From an uncultured Acidobacteriaceae bacterium (lineage in GTDB: Bacteria > Acidobacteriota > Terriglobia > Terriglobales > Acidobacteriaceae), in NCBI GenBank assembly GCA_963835125.1, contig CAWIEG010000011.1, positions 16,769-80,768 of the forward strand: DNA of 64,000 nucleotides. Direction: 5' to 3'. The notes below the pieces were generated by a model. The model saw only the letters and a list, made by a program, of their open reading frames with translations, was not told the origin of the DNA and searched no databases. Each line of letters begins with the position of its first letter. Within the stretch, counting starts at the first letter, position 1. This document shows positions 39,923 to 49,824 of the stretch, piece after piece. The position numbers were made by a program, and so were the translations under genes.

Positions 39923-40108
39923 ATGGAAGATCAGAACCGTAAGCAGAATCAGCAAGACTGGAATCAGAAGGACCAGGGCCAGCACAAACAGCCTGGACAG
40001 GGCCAGCACGAAAATCAGGGAGGCCAGCAGCAGAAACAGCAAGGCCAAAAGGGCCCTCACTCAGATACTGGGGACCAGAACCAGGAAAAGACCCGCAAGC
40101 AAGCCTAG
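39923..40108 (+). CDS. Small Gln/Asn/Lys/Gly-rich hydrophilic protein
   Basis: ATG behind AAGGAGA. 61 aa of low-complexity sequence: MEDQNRKQNQQDWNQKDQGQHKQPGQGQHENQGGQQQKQQGQKG... Confidence 0.5.
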   Translation: MEDQNRKQNQQDWNQKDQGQHKQPGQGQHENQGGQQQKQQGQKGPHSDTGDQNQEKTRKQA

Positions 40109-40222
40109 ATATTCCTGATAACGTGATGTTCCGGGCCCTGAAGGTAGGATGGAAAGTGAAGGCCTAATTCAGGGCCTTCTTAAGTTACAGGCGGCAGTTG
40201 TGACGTAGGCACGGCCAGACGC

Positions 40223-40984
40223 TTAGTCGTATCGCTCAAAGATGACACGTTTGCGGTCCCAGCCCATTTCTTCCAAGAGCAGTTTCCGGTTGGCGTCCAC
40301 CATCGGGTGCAGGCCGCAGATGTAGGCTTGCATGTCCGGGCGGCCGGCAACGATTCCACGCACGTGATCCTGGACATATCCCCGGCGCCCCTCCCAATCA
40401 TCGCCGCCACGGCTAAGGGTGGGCACGTAGTGAAAGTTGCGATTCTCTTTCTCGATGCGTTGAAATTCCTCGCGGTAGTAGATACTTTCCTCGCGACGTG
40501 TGCCGAACACCAGCCAATATTCACGGCTGCGATTGCGGTCGGGCGGTTCGAATAGCCATTGGATTATGCTGCGAATGGGTGCGATGCCAGTGCCGGTGGC
40601 AATAAATACTGCGTCCTGTTTCGGCTCTCGCAGCGTGAACAGCCCGTGCGGCCCGTGGAATTGCACGCTGGCTCCCACTTCCAGATCGCACAGCCAGTTC
40701 GACAGGAAGCCGTCCTCCACACGATTCAGGCAGAGGTCGAAGCTAGCACCCGGGCGCGGCGCGGAAGCGATCGAATATGCACGAGTATGAACCTTCCCAT
40801 CCAATTTTGGCTGCCTGATGGATACAAACTGGCCAGGAGTAAAACGGAATTCGTCAGCGCCGCGGATTCTGAGCTCTAAATGCTTGGTCTGTGGCGACAA
40901 CCATGCGGACTGAGTTACCTCCGCCGTTAACAGCGGACGCTCAACGGAAATGCGCTCCTGGACTTGGGTGCTCATCGGGTTCAC
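40223..40984 (-). CDS. Ferredoxin-NADP reductase-like FAD/NAD(P)-binding oxidoreductase
   Basis: FTPGQFVSI...RAYSIAS (FAD motif)...FIATGTGIAPIRS (NAD(P) motif)...YICGLHPMV. Confidence 0.85.
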   Translation of the reverse strand: MNPMSTQVQERISVERPLLTAEVTQSAWLSPQTKHLELRIRGADEFRFTPGQFVSIRQPKLDGKVHTRAYSIASAPRPGASFDLCLNRVEDGFLSNWLCDLEVGASVQFHGPHGLFTLREPKQDAVFIATGTGIAPIRSIIQWLFEPPDRNRSREYWLVFGTRREESIYYREEFQRIEKENRNFHYVPTLSRGGDDWEGRRGYVQDHVRGIVAGRPDMQAYICGLHPMVDANRKLLLEEMGWDRKRVIFERYD

Positions 40985-41064
40985 TATTTAGATGACGCGT
41001 AGAAGGCGGGCGACGCGGATGCGCAGCTTCTGACGGCGTTGGAAGATGCCCGAGATGGCCGTCG

Positions 41065-43257
41065 CTAGGCGCGCAGCACGCCGCCCAAGGCTTCCAACCC
41101 GGCGATGATCTGCGCGGACCACGCTGCCACCGCAAGGTCGAGCAACGTGCGCTCCTGGGATTGGAACTCGGCATGAAGTAGGACGGAATATTTCCCGGCG
41201 CCGACTTTCTCGCCCCGATAGATTTCTGCAGGAACGAAGCTCTGCAATTCAGCCAGGCCTAACTCCCCGATAGCTGACTGGATCCGCTCGAAGGTAATCG
41301 CGTCATCGAAGACGAAAGAGAAATCCCGCTCGACAGCCGGGAACTTCGAGATGCGCTGATAGCGCGGTTCGTGCAGCGGATGACGGTAGAGCCGGTCGAG
41401 CATCACCTCAGCGATATAGACTTGCTGCCGAAGCTTGCGCGTTGCAGCTTGCTCGGGATGCAACTGGCCGAAAACCGCAACCGTCTCCCCATTCATCACG
41501 GCTCGCGCCGAACGCCCAGGATGAAAGTAAGACGGCGTGTTGGAATCGAACTCAAGCGAACTGTGTTGAAACGCCCCGAGCAGTTTATCGAGGTCGCCCT
41601 TCATGTGAAAAAAGGTGTACGGCTGCGCGGCGCTGTGCATGCTCTTGGGGATGAGGTCGCCGGTAGCTGCGAAGCCAAGATGCCGCCGTTCGTCGTGACC
41701 GTCGCCTAGCTTCTGAAAAACTTCGCCGGCTTCGAATAGGCGGACGTTCGTTGTCCCACGGTTCAAGTTGTAGCTCACCATGTTGATGAGGCCGGGCAGC
41801 AGCGACGTGCGCATGTAGGCCGACTCTTCGTTCAGCGGATTGGCCACCGCGAGAGGCGCGGGCGCAGGCATTCGGGCTGGGCTTCCTGATTCGGGTGCCC
41901 CACTCAAGCCGGTTTTGCTTGAGTGGGGGTTTTCGTCGAACATTAGGAAAGCCTTCGCTTCTTCTTTCGAGACGAACGTAATCGAGATTGCCTCGTCGTA
42001 TCCCAGCGCCAGCATAATTCCGCGAACTCTCGCGTTCTTCGGCTCATCCGGCAGGTCGATTACGGCACCGGAGAATCCGGGCAAGGTGTTGGGAAAGTTG
42101 TTGTAGCCGTAAATCCGCGCCAGCTCTTCCAGCAAATCGACCTCACGCTCGATGTCAAGCCGCCAGGTGGGCACTTGCACGCTGAAGTCGGCGTTCGTTG
42201 CTACAGAAGAATTGTCATCCCGAGCGGACCCCGAGCTTGCCGAGGGGGGAGTCGAGGGACCTGCTTTTTCGTTTTCCCCGGCGCAATGGTGTAACCCGAA
42301 GCCAAGTCTTCGCAGGATGCGTTCGATCTCGCCTTCTGAAATCTCGATGCCGAGATTGCGCTTAATCTCCGAACGGTGTAGCGGAATGGGTGGCCGATCC
42401 AGCTCGCGGGCTACGGCGTCGATGCGCCCGCCATGCAACTCGCCGCCGGCACTAGCCAGAATCAGCTCGGCCACGCGATCGCTAGCCAGCGGAGTGATGC
42501 CGTAGTCGGCGCCGCGCTCAAAACGATGCGAGGCGTCGGTGTGCATACCATGGCGCTTGGCCATGCTCCGGACCGTCGCCGGATCGAACCACGCCGACTC
42601 AATCAGGACGTTCTTCGTCCGCTCGGTGATCATGGTGTCGAAGCCGCCCATTACGCCCGCTAGGGCGACCGGCTTCCTGGCGTCGGCGATGACGAGGTCT
42701 TCGGTTGTGAGCTTGCGGTCGACGCCGTCGAGCGTCTTTAGCACTTCGCCTTGGCGGGCGCGGCGGACGATGATCGTATGGCCCTCCAGCAGATCGAGAT
42801 CGAAAGCGTGCGTGGGATGGCCGAGCTCGTTCAAGGCGTAGTTGGTTGCGTCGGCGACATTGTTGATGGAGCGCGAGCCCACTAGCTCAAGGCGCTTGGC
42901 GATGTTCTCCGGCGAAGGGCCGATCTTGACATTGCGCACGATGCGGGCCGTATACCGCGCACAACCTTGCGCGTCTTCGATCACGATAGGGAAGTGTGCG
43001 TCGCCCTTGATTGCGGGCAGCTTCGGGTCAACGTTTTTCAGCTCGAGATCGTAGATGGCCGACGCCTCACGCGCCACGCCATAATGATTCATGGCGTCGA
43101 CACGGTTGGTGGTCAGGTCCATTTCGTACACGGTCGAGCCATTTTCTTCCTGGACAGACTCCACCGCGATCCCCGCCGAAGTCAGGTCTTCGGCGAGTTG
43201 GCGGTCGTCAGCCGCAACGTCAACGAACTCACGCAGCCATGCGGGAATGATCCTCAC
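41065..43257 (-). CDS. pheT: Phenylalanine--tRNA ligase beta subunit
   Basis: [14 protein letters not shown]..., B3/4 and B5 domains, ...[28 protein letters not shown]..., and a FDX-ACB-like C-terminus. Intact 730-aa ORF containing a repeat-derived segment. Confidence 0.93.
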   Translation of the reverse strand: MRIIPAWLREFVDVAADDRQLAEDLTSAGIAVESVQEENGSTVYEMDLTTNRVDAMNHYGVAREASAIYDLELKNVDPKLPAIKGDAHFPIVIEDAQGCARYTARIVRNVKIGPSPENIAKRLELVGSRSINNVADATNYALNELGHPTHAFDLDLLEGHTIIVRRARQGEVLKTLDGVDRKLTTEDLVIADARKPVALAGVMGGFDTMITERTKNVLIESAWFDPATVRSMAKRHGMHTDASHRFERGADYGITPLASDRVAELILASAGGELHGGRIDAVARELDRPPIPLHRSEIKRNLGIEISEGEIERILRRLGFGLHHCAGENEKAGPSTPPSASSGSARDDNSSVATNADFSVQVPTWRLDIEREVDLLEELARIYGYNNFPNTLPGFSGAVIDLPDEPKNARVRGIMLALGYDEAISITFVSKEEAKAFLMFDENPHSSKTGLSGAPESGSPARMPAPAPLAVANPLNEESAYMRTSLLPGLINMVSYNLNRGTTNVRLFEAGEVFQKLGDGHDERRHLGFAATGDLIPKSMHSAAQPYTFFHMKGDLDKLLGAFQHSSLEFDSNTPSYFHPGRSARAVMNGETVAVFGQLHPEQAATRKLRQQVYIAEVMLDRLYRHPLHEPRYQRISKFPAVERDFSFVFDDAITFERIQSAIGELGLAELQSFVPAEIYRGEKVGAGKYSVLLHAEFQSQERTLLDLAVAAWSAQIIAGLEALGGVLRA
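42213..42264. repeat. REP-like element, family 1, inside the pheT ORF
   Basis: tgtcatcccgagcggaccccgagcttgccgaggggggagtcgagggacctgc. Translated on the coding strand as [18 protein letters not shown]. Confidence 0.7.
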
Positions 43258-44367
43258 GCGAACTGCTCCAGGAAGCGCACATCGCCTTCATAGAACAACT
43301 GGATCCCTTCGACCTCGTACTTCAGCATCGTAATCCGCTCCACGCCCATACCGAAGGCGAAACCGCTGATCTTCGACGAGTCGTAACCGTTGTCCTTCAC
43401 GAACTCGAAGACGTTCGGATCGACCATGCCGCAGCCCAGGAGCTCGATCCAGCCGCTGTTTTTGCACTTGCGGCAGCCTTTGCCGCTGCAGAAAATGCAG
43501 CTCACCTGCATGTCGGCGCTGGGCTCAGTGAAAGGGAAGAACGAAGGATAGAACCGCGTCTTTACCGACGAGCCGAACAGCGCCTTCATAGCGTGGTCGA
43601 GCGTCCCCTTCAGATCGCAGAAGGTGATGTTGGTGTCGACCGCGAGGCCTTCCACCTGATGGAAGATGGGCGAATGCGTTGCATCCAGCGGATCGTTGCG
43701 ATGCACTTTGCCGGGGATAACGATGCGCAGCGGCGGAGGTTGCTTCTCCATGGTGCGAATCTGCACCGGCGAAGTGTGCGTGCGCAACAGCAAGCGGTCG
43801 CGCGCCGGCTTGTGCTCCTGTCCGGCGATGAGCAGCGTGTCCTGGGTGTCGCGCGCGGGATGGTTCGGCGGAAAGTTGAGCGATTCGAAATTGTAGTAGT
43901 CGGTCTCGACCTCGGGACCTTCGCCGACGGAATATCCCATCGCCTTGAAGACGGCTACGATTTCGTCCATCACGCGTAGCACCGGATGTTTGACGCCGAT
44001 GGGACGCTGAATGCCGGGAAGAGTAATGTCGAGGCGCTCGGCAACCAGTAGTGCGTCGGCGGAAGAGGTATGGATTTTGTCGTGGCGCGCCTTCAATTGT
44101 TTCCGCTCCTCGGCCTTGGCCTTCAATTCATTGATGCGGCGTCCGACCTCACGCTTCGCCGGGCGGGCGCGGCTTTCAGCCAGATGTCATTGAGCTGAGT
44201 CAGAATACCGTTCTTGCGCGCCAGCCAGCGATCGCGAAAGATCTTCCACTCTGGCCTCGCTCTTGAAGTGCAGCCGTTTCAGAGTCGAGCGCCGAGAGCA
44301 GTAACTCAGCGACCGCGCGGTCCAACGCCTCCGGCGAGTAATCCTCGAGTTTGGGAACGGTGTACAT
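43254..44367 (-). pseudogene. pheS: Phenylalanine--tRNA ligase alpha subunit, N-terminal region broken by two frameshifts
   Basis: ORF 43254..44126 holds the catalytic core (HPARD...[12 protein letters not shown]...FHQVEGL...FPFTEPS...[11 protein letters not shown]). The N-terminal helical arm is split. ATG at 44367 gives MYTVPKLEDYSPEALDRAVAELL... A shift near 44255-44275 leads to [31 protein letters not shown] shift near 44160-44175 leads to [19 protein letters not shown]... Confidence 0.85.
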
Positions 44368-44460
44368 GCCTGTCTCTATCGCGCGACTGCAGCCGCGCGG
44401 AGGGATCGGTTCAATGCCGCCGCCGCCTGAAGGGGGCTCAGAGTTCTACATACCCGTCTA

Positions 44461-44677
44461 CCCAGCGCTGAAGCGTTGGGCTATCATCTTCCGTCTCGCT
44501 GCGCGAGACTGGTTCCAGCTCAGTTCAAATGCGCCGCGCCATTCCAAGGTTCTTTGTATCGGGCGCGTTCTGGAAGGGCACGGCTTCAGCGGTGCCGCGG
44601 GTTTCACCCCGAGTCTCCTCAGGGGCTAAAGCCCAACTCGTTTTAATGTCGATGCGGCACGGCTAAAGCCGTGCCCT
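44461..44677. repeat. Cluster of REP-like hairpin elements (families 7 and 4) in the rplT-pheS spacer
   Basis: cccagcgctgaagcgttggg-ctatcatcttccgtc (44461-44495). gggcacggcttcagcggtgccgc (44576-44598). gcggcacggctaaagccgtgccc (44654-44677). Confidence 0.65.
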
Positions 44678-44727
44678 TTCAAAGCCAAGTCTATAAACAC
44701 GACAACCCGAAGGCGCATCCTCGAATC

Positions 44728-44761
44728 AATAAAACACAACGGGCGGCCTTGCGGGCCGCCC
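44728..44761 (-). terminator. Intrinsic terminator of rplT
   Basis: The minus strand reads gggcggccc-gcaa-ggccgccc followed by gttgtgttttatt. Confidence 0.7.
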
Positions 44762-44792
44762 ATTCCTGACTGCGAATTCCCGGGACGAGTGG

Positions 44793-45149
44793 CTATGCCG
44801 TGGCGGCTTGCGCCTGCTTGCACAGCGTCGTAAACCCAGCGGCATCGTTGACCGCCAGATCGGCCAGGATCTTGCGATCCAGATCAATGCCGGCCTTCTT
44901 CAGGCCGTTGATGAACACACTGTAGCTGATGCCGTTCAGCTTGGCGGCGGCGCCGATGCGCACAATCCAGATGGAGCGGTACTGCCGCTTTTTCTGCTTG
45001 CGGCCGCTGTAGGCGAACTTCAGCCCGCGCTCCACCGACTCTTTTGCCGAACGGTAGAGCTTTGATTTTGTTAAGTAATAGCCGCTTGCGCGATCCAGTA
45101 TCTTCTTGCGGCGCGCGCGGCGCTTAGTACCACGTTTTACGCGAGGCAT
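44793..45149 (-). CDS. rplT: 50S ribosomal protein L20
   Basis: [25 protein letters not shown]...[14 protein letters not shown]. Confidence 0.97.
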   Translation of the reverse strand: MPRVKRGTKRRARRKKILDRASGYYLTKSKLYRSAKESVERGLKFAYSGRKQKKRQYRSIWIVRIGAAAKLNGISYSVFINGLKKAGIDLDRKILADLAVNDAAGFTTLCKQAQAATA

Positions 45150-45357
45150 TGCATCTCCTTTTGCACATCATCTAGCGGCTGGAGGCAGGATGTTGACCAC
45201 GCTCTTAACCCGGTTTCCCCGGGCGTTAGAGGGGCCGGAATAGCCTCTTCACACACTGTTGGCCGTCGTGACCTGGTGGCCGACGCCGGTTTCCGCATCA
45301 TGCGGCTGATACAAGATCGTTAACGAATGCCTCTATCGGGCGGGCTCGTCGGGACCT

Positions 45358-45552
45358 TTAATATGGGATCATGCGCTTGATCTTAGGCACATCGGCCTTG
45401 TCAAGCATCACGTCCTTGTCGAGCTGGCGCTTGCGCTTCGTCTTCTTTGAAGTCAGGATATGGCGCTTGAACGCGTGACCGCGCTTGATCTTGCCCGTGC
45501 CTGTCTTCTTGAAGCGCTTGGCCGCTCCGCTATGTGTCTTCAGCTTTGGCAT
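45358..45552 (-). CDS. rpmI: 50S ribosomal protein L35
   Basis: [36 protein letters not shown]. Confidence 0.97.
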   Translation of the reverse strand: MPKLKTHSGAAKRFKKTGTGKIKRGHAFKRHILTSKKTKRKRQLDKDVMLDKADVPKIKRMIPY

Positions 45553-45648
45553 AGTGATGTTTCTATTACAACATAAGTCAGGCTATTCCAGCTACAGGAG
45601 GCAGGCGATAATCGGCGGGGATGGCAGACGTTTGTTAAGCTGCGCTGC

Positions 45649-46542
45649 ATGGCTACGAGCTCAAAATATGCCCGGCAAAAGGGATTATTCGTTGGTCTGT
45701 CGACCGTCGACATCAGCTATGTGGTTGACGAAATTCCGCGGCGCAATCAGAAAATCTCGGTCGAGGGCCAGTGCACCGACGCCGGAGGGCCGGCCATGAA
45801 CGCTGCCGTAACGTTCGGCTTTCTGGGCGGACCTGCAGTGCTGGTGACGGCTGTGGGCTCGCATCCGTTGGGGACGGTAATCCGCAGCGACTTGGAGAAA
45901 TTCGATGTCGTGCTGCACGACCTGGCGCGACGCCGCAAGGAACCACCGCCGGTTTCGTCCATCATGGTCCATCGTGGCACTGGTGATCGTACAGTCATTT
46001 CGGCGAATGCTGCGGTGTTTTCGCCGATTTCTGCAGAGTTCAACCCGCGATGGCTGAGTGGTGCTTCGGTCGTGCTGGTCGATGGACACTATATGCGGCT
46101 GTGCATCGCTGTTGCCCGTGCGGCTCACCAGCTCGCAATTCCTGTCGTTCTCGACAGCGGAAGCTGGAAGGAGGGAATGGACGAACTCTTGCCATTCATT
46201 GACATTGTCATCTGCTCTGACGACTACCGTCCGCCCGGCTGTCGCGACATTGACGATGTGATGGAATTCTTCGCGGGACGCCGGATTCGCAAGGTCGCGA
46301 TCACGCGCGGCGCTGGGTCCATCCGCTTTGTCGACGATCGTGAGAGTGGCACGATTGCAGTCGCGAAAATCCGCCCGGTTGATACGCTCGGGGCTGGCGA
46401 CATCTTTCACGGAGCTTTTTGCCATTACGCCTGCCAGTCAGGTTACAGCTTTCGAGATGCGCTGGCGGCGGCCGCGCGCGTCGCGACGCTGTCGTGCCGG
46501 TATCAGGGCACGCGGTTGTGGATGGCGAAATTTCGCAGATAA
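45649..46542 (+). CDS. PfkB-family carbohydrate kinase
   Basis: VGLSTVDISYVV...GGPAMNAAV...VLVDGH...VLDSGSWK...ITRGAGS...VDTLGAGDIFHGAF (anion-hole/GAGD motif). Confidence 0.85.
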   Translation: MATSSKYARQKGLFVGLSTVDISYVVDEIPRRNQKISVEGQCTDAGGPAMNAAVTFGFLGGPAVLVTAVGSHPLGTVIRSDLEKFDVVLHDLARRRKEPPPVSSIMVHRGTGDRTVISANAAVFSPISAEFNPRWLSGASVVLVDGHYMRLCIAVARAAHQLAIPVVLDSGSWKEGMDELLPFIDIVICSDDYRPPGCRDIDDVMEFFAGRRIRKVAITRGAGSIRFVDDRESGTIAVAKIRPVDTLGAGDIFHGAFCHYACQSGYSFRDALAAAARVATLSCRYQGTRLWMAKFRR

Positions 46543-46591
46543 CAGAAAAGAGTGTCGCCGGCGGAAGCCGGCTCAGATGTTTGTATGGCGC

Positions 46592-46640
46592 TAACCCAGG
46601 GCTTCCGCCCTGGGCTAACTGCGCTTCCGCCCTGCGGGCT
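46592..46640. repeat. REP-like element, family 6
   Basis: taacccagggcttccgccctgggctaa followed by gcgcttccgccctgcgggc. Confidence 0.6.
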
Positions 46641-46767
46641 GGTGCGTCAGCAACGCCCGCACTCATGGGAAATCGAACATCACAGGCAGTGAGTCAAGGA
46701 CGGACGTGGTCGAAGTAGCAGGCAGCCTTACCGTCCTCGCGAAGCATCTCACTCTTCGCGGACCGCC

Positions 46768-47763
46768 ATGCGTATTCCTCGGATCGTCGCTTCGACAATT
46801 CTGCTTTGCGTCTCGCTGCTCGCGGACGCCTCCGATCTCCGCCAGGTTGGGATGATTAATCTGCCTGGCCCGCCCGGCTTTGGCGAGTTGGCGTTTGCCG
46901 ACGGAATGCTGCTATTGGCCCACACGGGTGCCGCGGCCGTCGATGTCTTCGACCCGGCCCGCCGCCGTGTCGTCGCGCAGATTACGGGCCTGCAGTCACC
47001 TCGCGCTGTCGCGGCTGATGACCAGGCAGGCAAGGTTTACGTTGCCGACCATGGCAGCAATTCCATCGCGGTAGTTTCAACTGACGGATGGAAGGTTGTT
47101 GACTCAATTGCTTTGCCCGGCTCGCCCGACGCTCTACTGCTTGACGGTGCAGGCAAGTTGTACTGGAGCGACGCCGCGAATGGCAGCGTTTCTCTCCTGG
47201 ATTTGCGCACGAAACAGAACATGGCAACCGTTGACGTTGGCGGCGCGGTACGCGATCTGGCGTTCGACGGCACGCGTCATCTCGTTTTTGCCACGGTGCA
47301 AGACCTGCACCAGGTCGTAGCCCTCGATCCCCAACTCAAGATTGTCAATCGCTTCGAAGTAAACGGATCGCAGCCGACAGGGCTGGTTTACGACCCGCAA
47401 TATCAAGAACTGTATGTGTCGGTTCGTTCCGCGGTGCTGGCGATCAACCCAGATACCGGCGCAGAAGCCAGCCGGGTTACGGCTCCCGCGGGAGTGGACG
47501 CGCTCTGGCTCGATCCCGACTCAGGCACACTCTATGCCGCCAGTGAAGGCTCGCTACTGGTGATTGCAGCCAAGGGACACCTTGCCGCTCTCGACAACAT
47601 CAACACCGAAGTGAAGGGGCACACTGTTGCTTACGACCCGGCAAAGCGATTAGTGCTGGTGCCTGGTGGACGCGAAGGCAAGTCAAAGCTGCAGATTTTC
47701 CGCCCCATGACGCCTGCTGTGCAGCCTGGAGCATCGCCAGATACCGAGGCGTCGGTTAAGTAG
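46768..47763 (+). CDS. YVTN/YncE-like beta-propeller repeat protein, secreted
   Basis: Signal peptide. Repeats of the type GKVYVADHGSNSIAVVST..., GKLYWSDAANGSVSLLDL..., ELYVSVRSAVLAINPDTG... Confidence 0.7.
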   Translation: MRIPRIVASTILLCVSLLADASDLRQVGMINLPGPPGFGELAFADGMLLLAHTGAAAVDVFDPARRRVVAQITGLQSPRAVAADDQAGKVYVADHGSNSIAVVSTDGWKVVDSIALPGSPDALLLDGAGKLYWSDAANGSVSLLDLRTKQNMATVDVGGAVRDLAFDGTRHLVFATVQDLHQVVALDPQLKIVNRFEVNGSQPTGLVYDPQYQELYVSVRSAVLAINPDTGAEASRVTAPAGVDALWLDPDSGTLYAASEGSLLVIAAKGHLAALDNINTEVKGHTVAYDPAKRLVLVPGGREGKSKLQIFRPMTPAVQPGASPDTEASVK

Positions 47764-47779
47764 GCGGATTTTCTGCCCG

Positions 47780-48427
47780 CTACTTCGGCTCCTCTGCTTT
47801 GCAAGGAGCGATTGCAGGACTTGGTGTTTCGCCGTCCTTGGCCGGCGGCCAGGTTGCCGTGTAACAGCCGGCGTCAACATACTTGCCGTCAGCGTAGTTG
47901 TATAGAGTCAGACGACTGTCGCTGGCGGAGTTGCGGCGTGCCAGCACAATGTCTGAGAATCCATTTGTGCTGGTGAGTTGAATCGTGTAGCTGGCGGCCA
48001 CCGCGTCCAGCAGCGAGACGTAGCCCTCTTCGCTGTGACGGAATATCCAGAACGGACAGTTCACGTGCGCATCGCAACCACCCTCCAATCCGAGCGAAGT
48101 CGCGAACAGCAGCGCCTTGCCATCCCCTCCTAAGTCAATGAAGCGAATGCGAGTGGTGGAGGCGACCTCGCGAATGCGGTCGTCGCTGTAGCCCTGGTCG
48201 CTCATCGGCTTCTGTAGCCGCAAAACAATGGCCGCAATCAGCGCGGCGCGGTCTGGCTCTGTCAACTTTGAAGTATTGCCCACGCTGGGATCGTTGCGTC
48301 CAATGACTTCCTGGCTGCGCCAGCTCCAGTCAAAATCTGCCCCGACGGCGAGGGCACAAGCGGCTACAACAGCAAGCCAGACGCCGACGATCCTCCGCGA
48401 AGAACCCATAGCCCGCTTGTACGCCAT
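47780..48427 (-). CDS. Hypothetical secreted protein
   Basis: MAYKRAMGSSRRIVGVWLAVVAACALAVGA (signal), then about 185 aa with no recognised family. The long upstream part of ORF 47780..48964 is antisense to rapZ and was rejected. Confidence 0.5.
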   Translation of the reverse strand: MAYKRAMGSSRRIVGVWLAVVAACALAVGADFDWSWRSQEVIGRNDPSVGNTSKLTEPDRAALIAAIVLRLQKPMSDQGYSDDRIREVASTTRIRFIDLGGDGKALLFATSLGLEGGCDAHVNCPFWIFRHSEEGYVSLLDAVAASYTIQLTSTNGFSDIVLARRNSASDSRLTLYNYADGKYVDAGCYTATWPPAKDGETPSPAIAPCKAEEPK

Positions 48428-48556
48428 TCCGATGGCCGGTGTCCAGAGGTTCAGTGCGGAAGCGAGTCTTGCGACCCTCCAGCGGCATCCTTTAACGGCG
48501 TGGGCTGACGCCAGGCAAGCAAGTCTGGTACTCTCGCCCCAAAGGAAGACTGCGCC

Positions 48557-49507
48557 ATGACACCACCGTCCCAAAGCGGTTCCCGACGAACTCGCAAGCG
48601 AGCCCCGGTTTCGACGGCGAAGCCTGCTGCGCAGTCCCACGCCCATGACCAGCACGAGCTGGTCATCATCTCCGGCATGAGCGGCGCCGGCAAGGCTTCG
48701 GCGCTGAATGCCTTCGAAGACCTCGGCTATTACTGTGTGGACAACCTTCCCGTAGGGCTGATCTCCAACTTCGCTGAGCTGGTACTGGACTCCCTGGAGA
48801 TCCAGCGTGCCGCCTTGGTGGTCGACATTCGTGAGGGTGCGAGGCTGGACAAGCTGCCGCAGATTCTGGGCTCTTTGCGGAGAATGCTGAAGACTACGGT
48901 GTTGTTCCTGGAGGCCGACGAGGAAGCATTGTTGCGCCGCTACAGTGAGACGCGCCGGCCACATCCGCTGGGACGCAATGTGTCCGTGCGAGCATCGCTG
49001 GCGTCAGAACGCCGGAGGTTACGGCCCGTAAAGGCTTTGGCTGATCTGGTGGTGGACACCACGAAGTTCAATGTCCATGAATTGCGCGCAATGCTGACCG
49101 AACGCTTCCAGGGCGGCAAGAGCGAGAAGAACCTTCTGATCTCCTGCGTGAGCTTCGGTTATCGCGAAGGCGTGCCCGAAGACGCTGACCTGGTCTTCGA
49201 CGTGCGCTTTCTGCCCAATCCGCACTTCATTCCTAAGTTCCGCCCATTCACGGGCCGGCATCCGGCAGTGGCGAGGTACATTCGCTCGTTTCCCCAGACG
49301 AAAGAATTTATCCGGCGCATCTCCGAGCTGCTGATTTACCTGATCCCACACTACATCCGCGAAGGCAAGAGCTATCTGACCATCGCCTTCGGATGCACCG
49401 GCGGCAAACATCGCTCGGTAATGATTGCCGAAGATGTGCAGAAGCGGCTGCTCAAGGCGGGATATAACGTGAAGGTGGCCCATCGGGATTCGCCGGTGGA
49501 AAGCTGA
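48557..49507 (+). CDS. rapZ: RNase adapter protein RapZ (P-loop NTPase)
   Basis: ELVIISGMSGAGKASALNAFEDLGYYCVDNLP...DIREG...SFGYREGVPEDADLVFDVRFLPNPHF...IAFGCTGGKHRSV. Confidence 0.92.
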   Translation: MTPPSQSGSRRTRKRAPVSTAKPAAQSHAHDQHELVIISGMSGAGKASALNAFEDLGYYCVDNLPVGLISNFAELVLDSLEIQRAALVVDIREGARLDKLPQILGSLRRMLKTTVLFLEADEEALLRRYSETRRPHPLGRNVSVRASLASERRRLRPVKALADLVVDTTKFNVHELRAMLTERFQGGKSEKNLLISCVSFGYREGVPEDADLVFDVRFLPNPHFIPKFRPFTGRHPAVARYIRSFPQTKEFIRRISELLIYLIPHYIREGKSYLTIAFGCTGGKHRSVMIAEDVQKRLLKAGYNVKVAHRDSPVES

Positions 49508-49589
49508 CGTAGAAATTCGCAGCAACGGTTTCGCCCTCCTTTGGTAAACTGGAGGAAGCTGGCAACTCCGGCCAGTGGCAACCGCGCGC

Positions 49590-49679
49590 GGAGAGGTGCG
49601 TGAGTGGTTGAAACGAGCCGCCTCGAAAGCGGCCATACCTTGACGGGTATCGGGGGTTCGAATCCCTCCCTCTCCGCCA
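49590..49679 (+). tRNA. tRNA-Ser (anticodon CGA), CCA encoded
   Basis: GGAGAGG acceptor pairs with CCTCTCC. Anticodon arm GCCGC-CTCGAAA-GCGGC. Long variable arm. GGTTCGAATCC T-loop. G discriminator plus CCA. Confidence 0.93.
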
Positions 49680-49824
49680 TGTCTCTTGTTTTGTGCAATT
49701 TGCCGGGCATGACATGAGGAATTTTTGTGACATGCTGGCTCGAAACCGCGCAAAGTCTGGTTCTGCGAAATCGAAGTTCCATTTGTGACTACCGGTGTCT
49801 GCCTGTGATTAAATTCAGCACAGC

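Noticed and set aside
47780-48964. The 394-aa ORF as a single gene.
   Set aside because: Its first roughly 180 codons run antisense through the rapZ 5' region and a non-coding stretch. A signal-peptide-bearing start (MAYKRAMGSSRRIVGVWLAVV) at 48427 gives a sensible 215-aa protein.
49590-49679. tRNA-Ser as the attachment site of an active mobile element.
   Set aside because: No integrase, excisionase or visible direct repeat of the tRNA 3' end lies within the following 6 kb. It is reported only as a possible ancient island boundary.
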